This document shows positions 18,518-30,663 of a DNA stretch of 59,756 nucleotides, piece by piece. Position numbers and translations under genes: made by a program. The stretch is from assembly GCA_965234725.1 (NCBI GenBank), contig CBDDUX010000060.1, positions 1-59,756 on the forward strand, read 5' to 3'. The notes under the pieces are model-generated. The model worked only from the letters and a program-made list of their open reading frames with translations, was not told the origin of the DNA and did no database searches. Each line of letters opens with the position of its first letter. The first letter of the stretch is position 1. Source of the DNA: Thermoplasmatota archaeon. GTDB taxonomy: Archaea > Thermoplasmatota > Penumbrarchaeia > Penumbrarchaeales > Penumbrarchaeaceae.

Positions 18518-19306
18518 ATGTCAGATGAGGGTCTCATGACCACAGAGGATTGGAAGAGGAAGCTCGAACAGCAGGAGGAAGAGAGTAGAGAATACAGGCA
18601 TAAGATCTACGAGATGATCGACCTTTCATCAAAGAAGAATATTCTGGATGTCGGTTGTGGAACGGGATCCGTTACACGAGACATCGCTCTACTTACTGAT
18701 GGAAAAGTGACAGGTGTCGATATCGATGAAGAAAAATTGAAGATCGCTGAAGAATTTCTGAAGGACCTCGACAAGGTGAATTTGTCCCATGGGGATGTTC
18801 AGGACCTACAGTATGAAAATGAATCCTTTGATCTTGTGATATTCAACATAGTACTGTTATATTTTCCCGATAAACAAAAAGCCGTCAGTGAATGTGCCAG
18901 GGTTTGCAGGAAGAATGGCCTTGTGGTTGCAACCCTGGAACCGGATTATCAAGGGAGACTGATCTATCCCGAGGATCCTTTCATAGAGGTCCAGTTGAAG
19001 AATGCAAAGAAACTGGGTGCGGATATCAGGTGTGGCAGAAAACTCCTGTATCTTTTTACTAATGCAGGTCTAGAAACCACTGTGGGTCTCGACCAAGAAA
19101 CAGATTACATTCACATAAAGGACCCTAAAAAGAAACAGAAGATGTTTGAAGACAACTGGTGGCTCCATGAGAAGATGATCAGGAATGAGGGTTGGTCCGA
19201 TGAGAGGATAGAGGAATATAGAAAGGAAAGGCTCTCTCTCATAGGGTCTGGTCTTCTGTTCGATTATCCAACGGCATTCTATGCTATCGGAAGAAAGTTT
19301 ACTTGA
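18518..19306 (+). CDS. Class I SAM-dependent methyltransferase
   Basis: ILDVGCGTG, GVDID, FDLV, ECARVC...G. Start set at MSDEG, about 25 nt after a TATA-like ATTAAATA. Confidence 0.9.
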   Translation: MSDEGLMTTEDWKRKLEQQEEESREYRHKIYEMIDLSSKKNILDVGCGTGSVTRDIALLTDGKVTGVDIDEEKLKIAEEFLKDLDKVNLSHGDVQDLQYENESFDLVIFNIVLLYFPDKQKAVSECARVCRKNGLVVATLEPDYQGRLIYPEDPFIEVQLKNAKKLGADIRCGRKLLYLFTNAGLETTVGLDQETDYIHIKDPKKKQKMFEDNWWLHEKMIRNEGWSDERIEEYRKERLSLIGSGLLFDYPTAFYAIGRKFT

Positions 19307-19313
19307 TACGACC

Positions 19314-20267
19314 TCAGAGACCTGCGAGCAGGCTCAGAATCATGTATAATATCTTGAGAACAGGAGAGGGAAGCTGGGATTCCACCATCTCGATATCCAC
19401 CTCCTCCATCTCTCCTTCGGGAATATTTATAGTTTCAACGTAGGGTCTGTATCCGTCCTCATGGGCCTTTAAGGTAAATTCCCCACCCCTTGGGATAATG
19501 ATCTCGAATTCACCATTTTCATCAGTTACATCATTGGTCCTTAACCAATCATTTTCAAGAGTGACAACGATATCTGGCATCGGGTTGCCCATCTCGTCCT
19601 TCACAACTCCGTTTACACCTGTATTCCAAGGATACATCTCTATGTCTAGCTGATACCTCTCCCCCTCATCAACGAAGAATGGTTCGCTCCAGTAAGTATA
19701 ATACTCTTCCATGTTTGCGCTGACCTCGAAATCACCCCTATATGCCTCGAATGAATAGGTGCCCTCCTCAGAAGTGACCATATATCCTATGCCATAACCG
19801 GAGTAACCATTACCTTCATACTCAACTTCATACAGAACGACAACCACATCGGAGATGGGTTCTCCCGTTTCGGAATCCGTAACCGTTCCGAATATGGTGG
19901 TATTGAATACCTTGGGTTCCAGCTCGAAATCAAGATCGTTCTTAACGTTGATATCCGATTCGACAATTACTTCTTCCTGATAATAATCCTCATGGTCGGC
20001 ATATAGATAGAAGGTGCCTCCCCTCATGAATTCGAGGTAGTATCTGCCTTCATCGTCGGTGGTATCGTACCTCCATTCATTGTACCCATCGTCGAATCCG
20101 TACATTTGAGCATTCTCTATCGGATCGCCCGTTTCTTTGTCCGTAACGATGCCCTGAAAAACTGTCTCGATCAGGTCGTCTCCCGGCGTGTCAACATCCG
20201 CTTCCACCATTGTGAACGGAAGGACACAGATCATGAGCATGATAATGACAATAGCAACTCTTTTCAT
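19314..20267 (-). CDS. Secreted protein with three carboxypeptidase-regulatory-like domains
   Basis: Signal peptide; three G.VTD..TG.PI....V...TD..G.Y repeats; C-terminal hydrophobic tail. Confidence 0.8.
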   Translation of the reverse strand: MKRVAIVIIMLMICVLPFTMVEADVDTPGDDLIETVFQGIVTDKETGDPIENAQMYGFDDGYNEWRYDTTDDEGRYYLEFMRGGTFYLYADHEDYYQEEVIVESDINVKNDLDFELEPKVFNTTIFGTVTDSETGEPISDVVVVLYEVEYEGNGYSGYGIGYMVTSEEGTYSFEAYRGDFEVSANMEEYYTYWSEPFFVDEGERYQLDIEMYPWNTGVNGVVKDEMGNPMPDIVVTLENDWLRTNDVTDENGEFEIIIPRGGEFTLKAHEDGYRPYVETINIPEGEMEEVDIEMVESQLPSPVLKILYMILSLLAGL

Positions 20268-20411
20268 CGGATCTCTTCCTGGGGATAAGAACATCATCCC
20301 TCTAATAGAGTAGATGGTAGAGCGATATTAAATGTTGTGATAGGAAAAACGAAATAGTTGTTATGATCCATCTTCCAAAAGAATTATAGATTTGGTAGAA
20401 GATGGTTCCCC

Positions 20412-22571
20412 ATGAGGAGGATATCGGGATTGGCATTTGCCTTAGTTGTTTTTCTGTCTACTGTCATTCCATTCCATCCTTACGTACAGGCAAACGGAGA
20501 TGTCGCACAATCACCCAGTCTGGACCCGGGAACGGAGTTCACGTGGTCTTATGAATTCCAGAATCCCCAGGGGGATTCTCACAGGAGCGGAACGATGAAT
20601 GCAACCGTATCCGAGGTCCAGTGGAGGGGATACGACTGCTATAGATTCCACGGCCTCCTTACCGGGACATTTACCACTTCATCGGGTTCCGGCACCGAAA
20701 CCGGAACTTGGTACGAATACTACAGGAAGATCGATCTTGCATTTCTCGATGGGGGATCCGATCTGGACATGATGATACTCACCGACAAGGTAACCAATGT
20801 CTCCCAGACATCCAGCAGTCCTCCTTTGACATGGATCAAGTTCCCCCTAAGTTACAGCGATCCAAGAACCATCTGGGGCCCGGTTGAGGTCACGCTAACG
20901 GAAACATGGGAAGTAATGATCAATGATGACGATTCGACTCTCGAGTCGGGATCATCTTTTGAAACGAAGGACCACCAGTATGCATGCATCAACATAGATT
21001 CGCTTAAACCCAAGTCCACGGATGCGGGAACGTTCGAGACATATATGATCAAAGAAAAGATCATGGATGATTCCCCGAGAAACAAGACAGTTGATTACTA
21101 CTATTCCGAAGAGGTAGGATGGTGGGTCACCAAGGATGTATTCGAAGACTATGAAGGAGATCAGGTAAGAACCAAGCATTATGAATTGACCGACTGGACA
21201 GTGAACCTTCCGCCTTCGGTTCAATTCCAGCCGAACCTGGAAATGGACGAGGATGTCCCGGATGATTCGATCGATCTCGATGATATTTTCTCCGATCCGG
21301 ATGGCGATCCCCTCTCGTTTGCAGTGGTCAGATCCGGACCTCTGTCTGTGGAGATATGGACCGGAAACATCCTTCACATCGATCCTCCGACAAACGGTTT
21401 CGGTAAATGGAACGTCACCATATCGGCTTCAGACGGGATCCACCCGGAGGTGGAGGTTGTCATCCCCGTGACCATCCATCCTGTCGACGATCCTCCGGCA
21501 CTGTACGATCCCCTTCTCGATCCCGACTCCGGAAATGACGAGGATCCGTTCACATTCTCAATAAAATTGACGGATATTGACAGCGGGACCCCGGATTTCG
21601 CCGAGGTAAGGATCGGGGATCTCGATCACGATCTCTCTGTTATATCCGGTGACAACTCTACGGGAATGGTTCTGGGTTGGACCGGATATCTGGAACCGGG
21701 AGATTACTCTCATTACTTCGTTGTTGACGGAGTCAGGCATCCCGCTTCCGGCACCATCAATGGACCGGAAGTTAGGACCTCTGAACTCCCTTATCTCAAA
21801 GAGGGAGGAGTGGATCTTTCTGAGGGGGGCCTGGGAACAGAATTCGAATTTCGGGTGACCTGGATAGGACTCAATTCCGAGGAGCCCGATGAAGTATATC
21901 TCTTTCTGGATGAGGAATCCATATCGGTTCTGGGAGACAATGGCGATCCTGAAACCGGTATCATCTATTCCAGGGAGCTGTATCTGGAGAAGGGAGATCA
22001 CAGCTTCCATTTTGAAGCTTCACTTGATGAGATGACCTTCAGGTACCCGGAAAACGGAGAGATAGAAGGGCCAACCGTTCACTCACCCGAGATCCTCGAT
22101 TTTGGTAGAATATACCTGAGCGAATCCGATGGAAAGGCCGAATACAGATTCTTCGTCAACTACAGGTATCTGGCTGATATGGAACCGGAAGAGGTCACCG
22201 TACTTCTGAACGGAAATACCCATAATATGAACGACGACGGTGGGACTCCGGTCTCGGGCATCAATTATACCATTGAGATCTGGCTTTTTGAGGGAACCTA
22301 CGATGTACAGTTCCGTGTAAAGGCTGATGGCACGTTGATCACGGGGGATGACGAGGACCTAATCGTCGAGATCAAGGAAGATGAGGATGGAAGCGATCAA
22401 CAAGGGGAAGACGGTTCAGGAGGGGGAGGGTACAATACGGCCATCATCATCGCGTTTGTCATGATCATCATCGTGATTGCGGTGGCGGGTTTCCTCCTTT
22501 ACTCCCGCAGGAAACGGAATTCGATGGAATGGAAAGAAGAGGAGGAATACGAGGAAGAAATGGACGGGTGA
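20412..22571 (+). CDS. Acidic cell-surface protein with cadherin/Ig-like domains and a C-terminal TM anchor
   Basis: Signal peptide, FSDPDGDPLSF Ig-like domain, three beta-sandwich repeats (F.F.V...P....G..Y....L..G.H...F), TM helix followed by RRKR. Confidence 0.8.
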   Translation: MRRISGLAFALVVFLSTVIPFHPYVQANGDVAQSPSLDPGTEFTWSYEFQNPQGDSHRSGTMNATVSEVQWRGYDCYRFHGLLTGTFTTSSGSGTETGTWYEYYRKIDLAFLDGGSDLDMMILTDKVTNVSQTSSSPPLTWIKFPLSYSDPRTIWGPVEVTLTETWEVMINDDDSTLESGSSFETKDHQYACINIDSLKPKSTDAGTFETYMIKEKIMDDSPRNKTVDYYYSEEVGWWVTKDVFEDYEGDQVRTKHYELTDWTVNLPPSVQFQPNLEMDEDVPDDSIDLDDIFSDPDGDPLSFAVVRSGPLSVEIWTGNILHIDPPTNGFGKWNVTISASDGIHPEVEVVIPVTIHPVDDPPALYDPLLDPDSGNDEDPFTFSIKLTDIDSGTPDFAEVRIGDLDHDLSVISGDNSTGMVLGWTGYLEPGDYSHYFVVDGVRHPASGTINGPEVRTSELPYLKEGGVDLSEGGLGTEFEFRVTWIGLNSEEPDEVYLFLDEESISVLGDNGDPETGIIYSRELYLEKGDHSFHFEASLDEMTFRYPENGEIEGPTVHSPEILDFGRIYLSESDGKAEYRFFVNYRYLADMEPEEVTVLLNGNTHNMNDDGGTPVSGINYTIEIWLFEGTYDVQFRVKADGTLITGDDEDLIVEIKEDEDGSDQQGEDGSGGGGYNTAIIIAFVMIIIVIAVAGFLLYSRRKRNSMEWKEEEEYEEEMDG

Positions 22572-22591
22572 TGATGCGGTTTCAGCCCCGT

Positions 22592-22912
22592 TCAATCTCC
22601 TTTTGGTTTTACGGTATTTCCCTCTACCATCAGAACAACGGTCCTCTCAATGGCCCTGGTCCTGTGTTCAACTCCCTTTGGTACAGTGAATCCCTGACCG
22701 GGAACTAGTTCAATGGTCCTGTCCTCTAAGTCGAGGAGTAGTTTTCCACTGACGACAAAGAAGAACTCATCTTCCCTGTCATGGTGATGCCAGTGGAACT
22801 CTCCCTCGAAGATCCCCATACGGACCAGGCAGTCGTTCACCTCTGAAAGTGTGCAATTGAACCATCTTTCGGGCATAGTCCTTTCGATCTCATTCAGGTC
22901 TAATAACTCCAT
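22592..22912 (-). CDS. Cupin domain protein
   Basis: GEFHWHHHDREDEFF...VPKGVEHR. Start uncertain (22912, 22930 or 22969). Confidence 0.9.
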   Translation of the reverse strand: MELLDLNEIERTMPERWFNCTLSEVNDCLVRMGIFEGEFHWHHHDREDEFFFVVSGKLLLDLEDRTIELVPGQGFTVPKGVEHRTRAIERTVVLMVEGNTVKPKGD

Positions 22913-22996
22913 TTGGCCATTTCCATCCATTTGAATCCCCCAGGAAACAAATCCCCTACCGTCATCCATTCATTCAGGAGAATATATATTCAGACA

Positions 22997-23209
22997 TCAA
23001 AGGAGTCCAACAGGACTGCAGAGGTCCTCCGAATTATTGGCCACTCTACCACAGCATTTGCATATGTATTTCGGGTCATCCATATGCTCTTTATACTTTT
23101 TAAGATCGAATTGATGAGGTGGGCTGGCCCTTCTGCACATTTTATTTTCTGCTACATTTGAACAATCGCATGATGAAGTACCGTCACAGCAGTTCTCAGT
23201 CATATGCAT
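22997..23209 (-). CDS. Small cysteine-rich protein
   Basis: [12 protein letters not shown].....LC.P motif; 9 Cys in 70 aa; fills the gap between co-oriented genes. Confidence 0.65.
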   Translation of the reverse strand: MHMTENCCDGTSSCDCSNVAENKMCRRASPPHQFDLKKYKEHMDDPKYICKCCGRVANNSEDLCSPVGLL

Positions 23210-23267
23210 CCGTATACCTTAAAGAGATAATAAAGAACCCCGAAACCCAGAGATCGTGATGATCAAC

Positions 23268-24323
23268 TCACCATTCCTCATCGAATGTGAAATCCGACCA
23301 TGACAAAATACCCAAGGCGATCCTCAATTCAACCGGAGAAAGGATCGTGATCTCCTCATCCGTATATCTTATTGAATCATCCATTGCTATCCTTGGACAG
23401 GCTGTACTCACTACAAGATCTATCCCCAGGGCCTTCAGCTTCATTGGATCCAAATGGTCCATTATGATTATCTTGGACCTGATCTTTCTCTCTCTGAGTA
23501 GATCGATCAGACCTTCCGCGAGGGATGTTCTTCTTTGTCCAGGTTTGAATCCGATGACTATTCCAACAATCCCCTTCTTCAACAAACGGTCCTTGAAGCT
23601 GTTGATATGGCCGAACCTGGACCTCAGCATCTTGTCGATTTCCTCTTTTCCCACCACGCCCACCTCCCCGGTCAGGGGATCCATAGTATGGACCTCTCTT
23701 CCGGATGATAACGCTAGACCAAGGGGATGGAATCTCCCTGTTCCAAGAAAAAGAAGTGTATCAACATCTTCGGGGATCCCCTTCGTAGCTGAAAATGAGC
23801 AGCCGATAACCTGGCCTGGCAGATCTTCCCTCTCCCCTGGGTCGCCAATGTGAACCTTGATTCCAGCCTCCATCAAACGACCCCTCACTTCATTCAACAA
23901 TGACATGTGCTGTATCGTTGTGAAAATGGATACCTTCATTCCGGCCATCTTGTTAATGATCTTACCCAATCCTCCGTGGATCATTTCGATCTCAGGTCTC
24001 ATCTCCAAGGGAAAGAAATGAATAGGGACTGAATAACCTCTCTCCATGGAAGGTATGTCCGAGTGACCAAGGTGGATCAGAGCATCCGCACCCAGGACCT
24101 TTGCTCGTTCACCTGCATGATCACAGGCGCCATAGCAGGGATCTCCATCCACCCAAACCAAAGACATGGTCCGATCTTCTATGATCTCAGCCAAATGGAC
24201 CAATCCTCGTTTCAAACCCTCAGGACCTTGTAGAAGGACCTTCGTGTAACCATTCCTGCTTACTGTTTGAAGAATGCCCTCGATATCCACATCGAACGAG
24301 GGAAAAAGTTTCTCATCTTCCAT
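23268..24323 (-). CDS. dph2: Diphthamide biosynthesis enzyme Dph2
   Basis: LQGPEGLK, PCYGACD, HLGHS, GQVIGC, G.FH, KPGQ, TACPRI (three Fe-S cysteines). Confidence 0.93.
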   Translation of the reverse strand: MEDEKLFPSFDVDIEGILQTVSRNGYTKVLLQGPEGLKRGLVHLAEIIEDRTMSLVWVDGDPCYGACDHAGERAKVLGADALIHLGHSDIPSMERGYSVPIHFFPLEMRPEIEMIHGGLGKIINKMAGMKVSIFTTIQHMSLLNEVRGRLMEAGIKVHIGDPGEREDLPGQVIGCSFSATKGIPEDVDTLLFLGTGRFHPLGLALSSGREVHTMDPLTGEVGVVGKEEIDKMLRSRFGHINSFKDRLLKKGIVGIVIGFKPGQRRTSLAEGLIDLLRERKIRSKIIIMDHLDPMKLKALGIDLVVSTACPRIAMDDSIRYTDEEITILSPVELRIALGILSWSDFTFDEEW

Positions 24324-24383
24324 GGCGGGTGGAAACCTCTATCATTATTTGAAAGGTTGCCACCAATCGGAGCGGACCATTTT

Positions 24384-24860
24384 TCATCCTATCCTATTGT
24401 TCACAAGGCAGTAGATATTTGACTGAGGTATATGCTCCTCGGAGAAGTTCATAAATTTGGATAGCTCTTTAAAGATGATTTCAAGTTGGCTTTTACCACC
24501 ATCCAACTTGAAGGAGAACTTCCTCTCCGTGTTATCCATCACCCTGAACGAAAAACCTCTTTTATCGTTGTAATAGACGGTCCTCACGGTTCCAACCGGA
24601 AGGACCTTCTCACAATAAGGACTCAAGAAAAGGATCTGGCTCCTACTAACTACCAAGACATTGTAAACATTACAAAGCTTGAAGACAAAGAATACGATCC
24701 ATAGTGTGAGATAGAGAATGGAAGCCGGCATGAATATCCATTCCAGACCCTCAAGTAATGTAAGTATCAGGATCCCATATAAAGGGATCAAGGGAAGAAT
24801 GATCGCCAGCAGCAAATCCCTCATGGATCTTCCATTGTGAAATACATATACAGGTTCCAA
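24384..24860 (-). CDS. Hypothetical membrane protein (two TM helices plus a possible PH-like domain)
   Basis: Two hydrophobic helices followed by a beta-rich domain; SD-like GGGGAG. Confidence 0.6.
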   Translation of the reverse strand: MEPVYVFHNGRSMRDLLLAIILPLIPLYGILILTLLEGLEWIFMPASILYLTLWIVFFVFKLCNVYNVLVVSRSQILFLSPYCEKVLPVGTVRTVYYNDKRGFSFRVMDNTERKFSFKLDGGKSQLEIIFKELSKFMNFSEEHIPQSNIYCLVNNRIG

Positions 24861-25017
24861 TTGATCTCCCCCTGGATGGATAGAATTGGATCGAAGTTCC
24901 TTAGGACCTATCCATATTGCAATGATATTGATATGACTTAACTATTACGATGTGACAATGAAATTATTGGTCCATATGATACATTGATGATCTTGAAAGG
25001 TTGATGAAAAAATATTT

Positions 25018-25524
25018 ATGGATTGCAAAAGATTTCAATTTGTGGATGATGAGGAAATCGACCCAAAGTTCCAGGTTAGGGAATTTCTTGAGCTATGGAT
25101 GTTAATGGGACAGAGACGGATAAGGATCTACTTCACTGATATTGCGGTGTATATTATAGAATATTACACGGGTTTTGGAATGTCATATTTCTGGGTAGCG
25201 ATCCCTTTAAGGATCCTTCTAACTCCGATTTTGGGGCCAATGTACAGAAGAACAATAGAGAACATGACAGATATTAGAGAGATAATGGGTGCTACTACGT
25301 GGTACAGAAGATATGCCTATGAAGAGATCATATCTATTTGGATCGAAAAGGGAGATCTGAGGGATAGATTGTATTTCGAGATCGAGAGGATCAACAAGAA
25401 CATATCCACCCCTGGATTTGGTTCTGGAACTGATTATCTGACATTCGATAAAGAGAAGATCGGAGAATTCGATGAAGTCCTAACGAGAAGGATGGGAGTT
25501 GCTTATAAGGGGATCAAAGAATGA
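25018..25524 (+). CDS. Hypothetical protein
   Basis: 168-aa ORF with one hydrophobic segment; no recognisable motif. Confidence 0.6.
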   Translation: MDCKRFQFVDDEEIDPKFQVREFLELWMLMGQRRIRIYFTDIAVYIIEYYTGFGMSYFWVAIPLRILLTPILGPMYRRTIENMTDIREIMGATTWYRRYAYEEIISIWIEKGDLRDRLYFEIERINKNISTPGFGSGTDYLTFDKEKIGEFDEVLTRRMGVAYKGIKE

Positions 25525-25774
25525 TATTTTCGTACTAAAAGTGATATCTTCATATTATTCGGTCAGATGATCTCTCCTTGAACATTACTTTGTTTTTCAA
25601 CTTCAAATTAGCTATAAATTGGTTAAGTTGAAAAACGTACATACTCGTAACTCACTTCCGAAAATTCGAAAATGATATGTGAGTTCGAGGTTCACCTCAA
25701 TTAAACCGTCTATGAATTATCTCATTGAGGGGACTTTTATTTTAGAATTAAAATTAGAAAAGAGTCTGTATTCT

Positions 25775-25783
25775 AAAATAAAA
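25775..25783 (-). terminator. T-tract after the 5S rRNA gene
   Basis: Minus-strand TTTTATTTT directly after the 5S precursor stem. Confidence 0.5.
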
Positions 25784-25796
25784 GTGAACAAGGGAC

Positions 25797-26013
25797 GGAC
25801 AGCGATCGACGGTTTGGATGCTCCCTTAGCGGTATAATTCCCCGCCTTCCCCGCCGAAACGAAGAAGGCAGTTGGTATACCAGGAGCAAGGACCGTAACC
25901 CTGAGGGCCAAAATTCCCATGGGCGCGTGCACCATAGTACAAAGAGGAACGCTGGTGGGCTTAACTTCCGTGTTCGGAAAGAGAACGGGTGAACCCCACC
26001 GCTATGACCGTCC
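25797..26013 (-). rRNA. rrf: 5S rRNA with a ~101-nt insertion (about 217 nt in total)
   Basis: Minus strand GGACGGTCATAGCGG...CCGAACACGGAAGTTAAGCCC...GTACT...GGGAA is canonical 5S. The helix I partner GCTGTCC occurs only about 100 nt later than usual. Flanking precursor stem AACAAGGGAC/GTCCCTTGTT. Confidence 0.93.
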
Positions 26014-26037
26014 AGTCCCTTGTTGCGAATGTTAATC

Positions 26038-26076
26038 CAATCATATGCATCCCGTCAAACGGTTGAGCCGGCAGCC
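26038..26076 (-). other. 3' strand of the 23S processing stem (bulge-helix-bulge)
   Basis: CCGGCTCAAC-CGTT-TGA-CGGGATGCATATGATTG pairs with 28971-29009. Confidence 0.85.
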
Positions 26077-26079
26077 CGA

Positions 26080-28969
<2,890 letters not shown>

Positions 28970-28970
28970 A

Positions 28971-29009
28971 GACTACCGGCTCAACAAACGTCCAGGATGC
29001 ATATGATTG
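28971..29009 (-). other. 5' strand of the 23S processing stem (bulge-helix-bulge)
   Basis: CAATCATATGCATCCTG-GACG-TTT-GTTGAGCCGG forms a canonical 3-4-3 BHB with the 3' flank. Confidence 0.85.
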
Positions 29010-29158
29010 AGATCATCGGTTTCATAGCCTTTCGGGCTCCACCTTCTTCCTTCCCCCGCGACATTGTTCTCCCTCGCGGAGTGCACCATTTCACCCATGA
29101 AGAAACGGGCCAGAATGGCCTGAAACACCCATGGGGGAAGGGGAGTAAGAAGCATCCC

Positions 29159-29176
29159 CTATATAATACTTCCCGA
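29159..29176 (-). promoter_or_regulatory. Promoter of the 23S-5S unit
   Basis: Minus strand CGGGAAG-TATTATATAG (BRE + TATA) ahead of a structured leader. A second palindromic TATA, CTTATATATAAG at 29252-29263, may serve hisS and/or the rRNA unit. Confidence 0.65.
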
Positions 29177-29296
29177 CCCAGAAAAGGCTTGAACCGGCCA
29201 CTTTTTGGATGGTTTCCACCGGGTCCTGGAGCGAGTGATCGGTAATGATCTCTTATATATAAGGAAAACCTATTTGGCGCCAGAAAAGGTGATGAA

Positions 29297-30580
29297 ATGG
29301 CAGAGTTCCAAAGACCCAGAGGAACCCGGGATTTCGACCCCGAGGAAATGAGAAGGAGAAGATGGGTCGAAAACAGTATGAGGAAGGCAATTGCATCATG
29401 CGGCTATTCCGAGATATCAACACCGACCTTCGAGCATACGGATTTATTTATCGCAAGGTCAGGCCCTCAGGTCCTTGAACAGGTCTACGAGTTCGAGGAC
29501 AAAGGTGGAAGGAGCCTTTCCCTGAGACCAGAACTCACAGCACCGGTAATGAGGTTCTACCATTCCGATCTCAGGAATTCTCCCAAACCCCTCAGGATCT
29601 CATATTTTGGGAATTGTTTCAGATATGAGAGACCACAGAAGGGGAGATACAGAGAATTCTGGCAAATGGGATTGGAGTACATAGGGAAGAGAACACCTCT
29701 AGCAGTAGCGGAGGTGATCGATGCTGCAATATCGGCACTCGAGGCATCGGGATTGAAGGGATATATCGTTAGGATCGGCCATGTAGCCCTTCTTGCATCC
29801 ATATTGAAAAGATATGGTGTCGATCCTTCAAAGGACAGAGACCTGATGATAGCTATAGACAAGAAAGATACAAAGGGGATATCCGATCTCATATCTGAAA
29901 GAAGTGAAAAAGACCCCTTGGGATTCGTGAAACTTGTAACGAGTAACTATGGGAAGGATAGTTATTCCCTGGTCCTTGATGACCTTGAAAACGAGTATGA
30001 AGGGGTAGGAACCCATGTAGAAGAGATCAGAAAGGTGCTAATGATACTTGCAGGATCCAATGCAGATATCAGACTGGATCCCTCAATATCAAGAGGACTT
30101 GACTACTACGATGGTGTCGTCTTCGAGATAGATGCCCCCAATCTGGGAGCGGAGAAACAGATATGCGGAGGAGGGTCCTATTCACTTTCCTCTGTTTTCG
30201 GAAGTGAGGTGGAAGGGATCGGTTTTGGTCTCGGATTCGACAGGATCATTGTAGCTCTTGAAAAAGATATATCCGTTCCGGAGGTTGAACATGGTACCTA
30301 CCTTATCCCAATGGGAGTTACTGCAGAGGGCAAAGCCCTTGAACTTGCCACTGTAATCAGGGAGTCGGGGATGAAATGCATACTTGAGACCTCGGGTCGA
30401 GGTTTTAAGAAAGCTATATCAAATGCATTATCGGCGGGATGTTCTCACCTTGTGGTAATTGGAGAAGAAGAGATAGCCAAAGGTACGGTATCAATAAAGG
30501 ACCTAATAACCAAGGAACAAAAGGAGGTCCCTTTTAAAGAGGTAAAAGAATACTTACTTCTTATCCAAGAGGAAAAATGA
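29297..30580 (+). CDS. hisS: Histidine--tRNA ligase
   Basis: PRGTRDF, LRPELTAP, FRYERPQKGRYREFWQ, RGLDYY, GGGSY, GFGLGFDR. SD AGGTGA. Confidence 0.98.
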   Translation: MAEFQRPRGTRDFDPEEMRRRRWVENSMRKAIASCGYSEISTPTFEHTDLFIARSGPQVLEQVYEFEDKGGRSLSLRPELTAPVMRFYHSDLRNSPKPLRISYFGNCFRYERPQKGRYREFWQMGLEYIGKRTPLAVAEVIDAAISALEASGLKGYIVRIGHVALLASILKRYGVDPSKDRDLMIAIDKKDTKGISDLISERSEKDPLGFVKLVTSNYGKDSYSLVLDDLENEYEGVGTHVEEIRKVLMILAGSNADIRLDPSISRGLDYYDGVVFEIDAPNLGAEKQICGGGSYSLSSVFGSEVEGIGFGLGFDRIIVALEKDISVPEVEHGTYLIPMGVTAEGKALELATVIRESGMKCILETSGRGFKKAISNALSAGCSHLVVIGEEEIAKGTVSIKDLITKEQKEVPFKEVKEYLLLIQEEK

Positions 30581-30663
30581 TGCTGAAAAATATATCAATG
30601 GAAAGGGTGTTTCACTTGTCCGGACAGATTAAGTTAGGTCCAGAAGGGAGTATGTTCCGGTAA

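Noticed and set aside
25807..25907. 5S insert as a BHB intron or tRNA
   Set aside because: No 3-4-3 BHB at the junctions, and no cloverleaf or T-loop.
30652..30663. ATG-TTC-CGG-TAA in frame directly before the GTG of the giant protein (readthrough or uORF)
   Set aside because: It would add only four codons, TAA is not a recoded stop, and it is probably chance.
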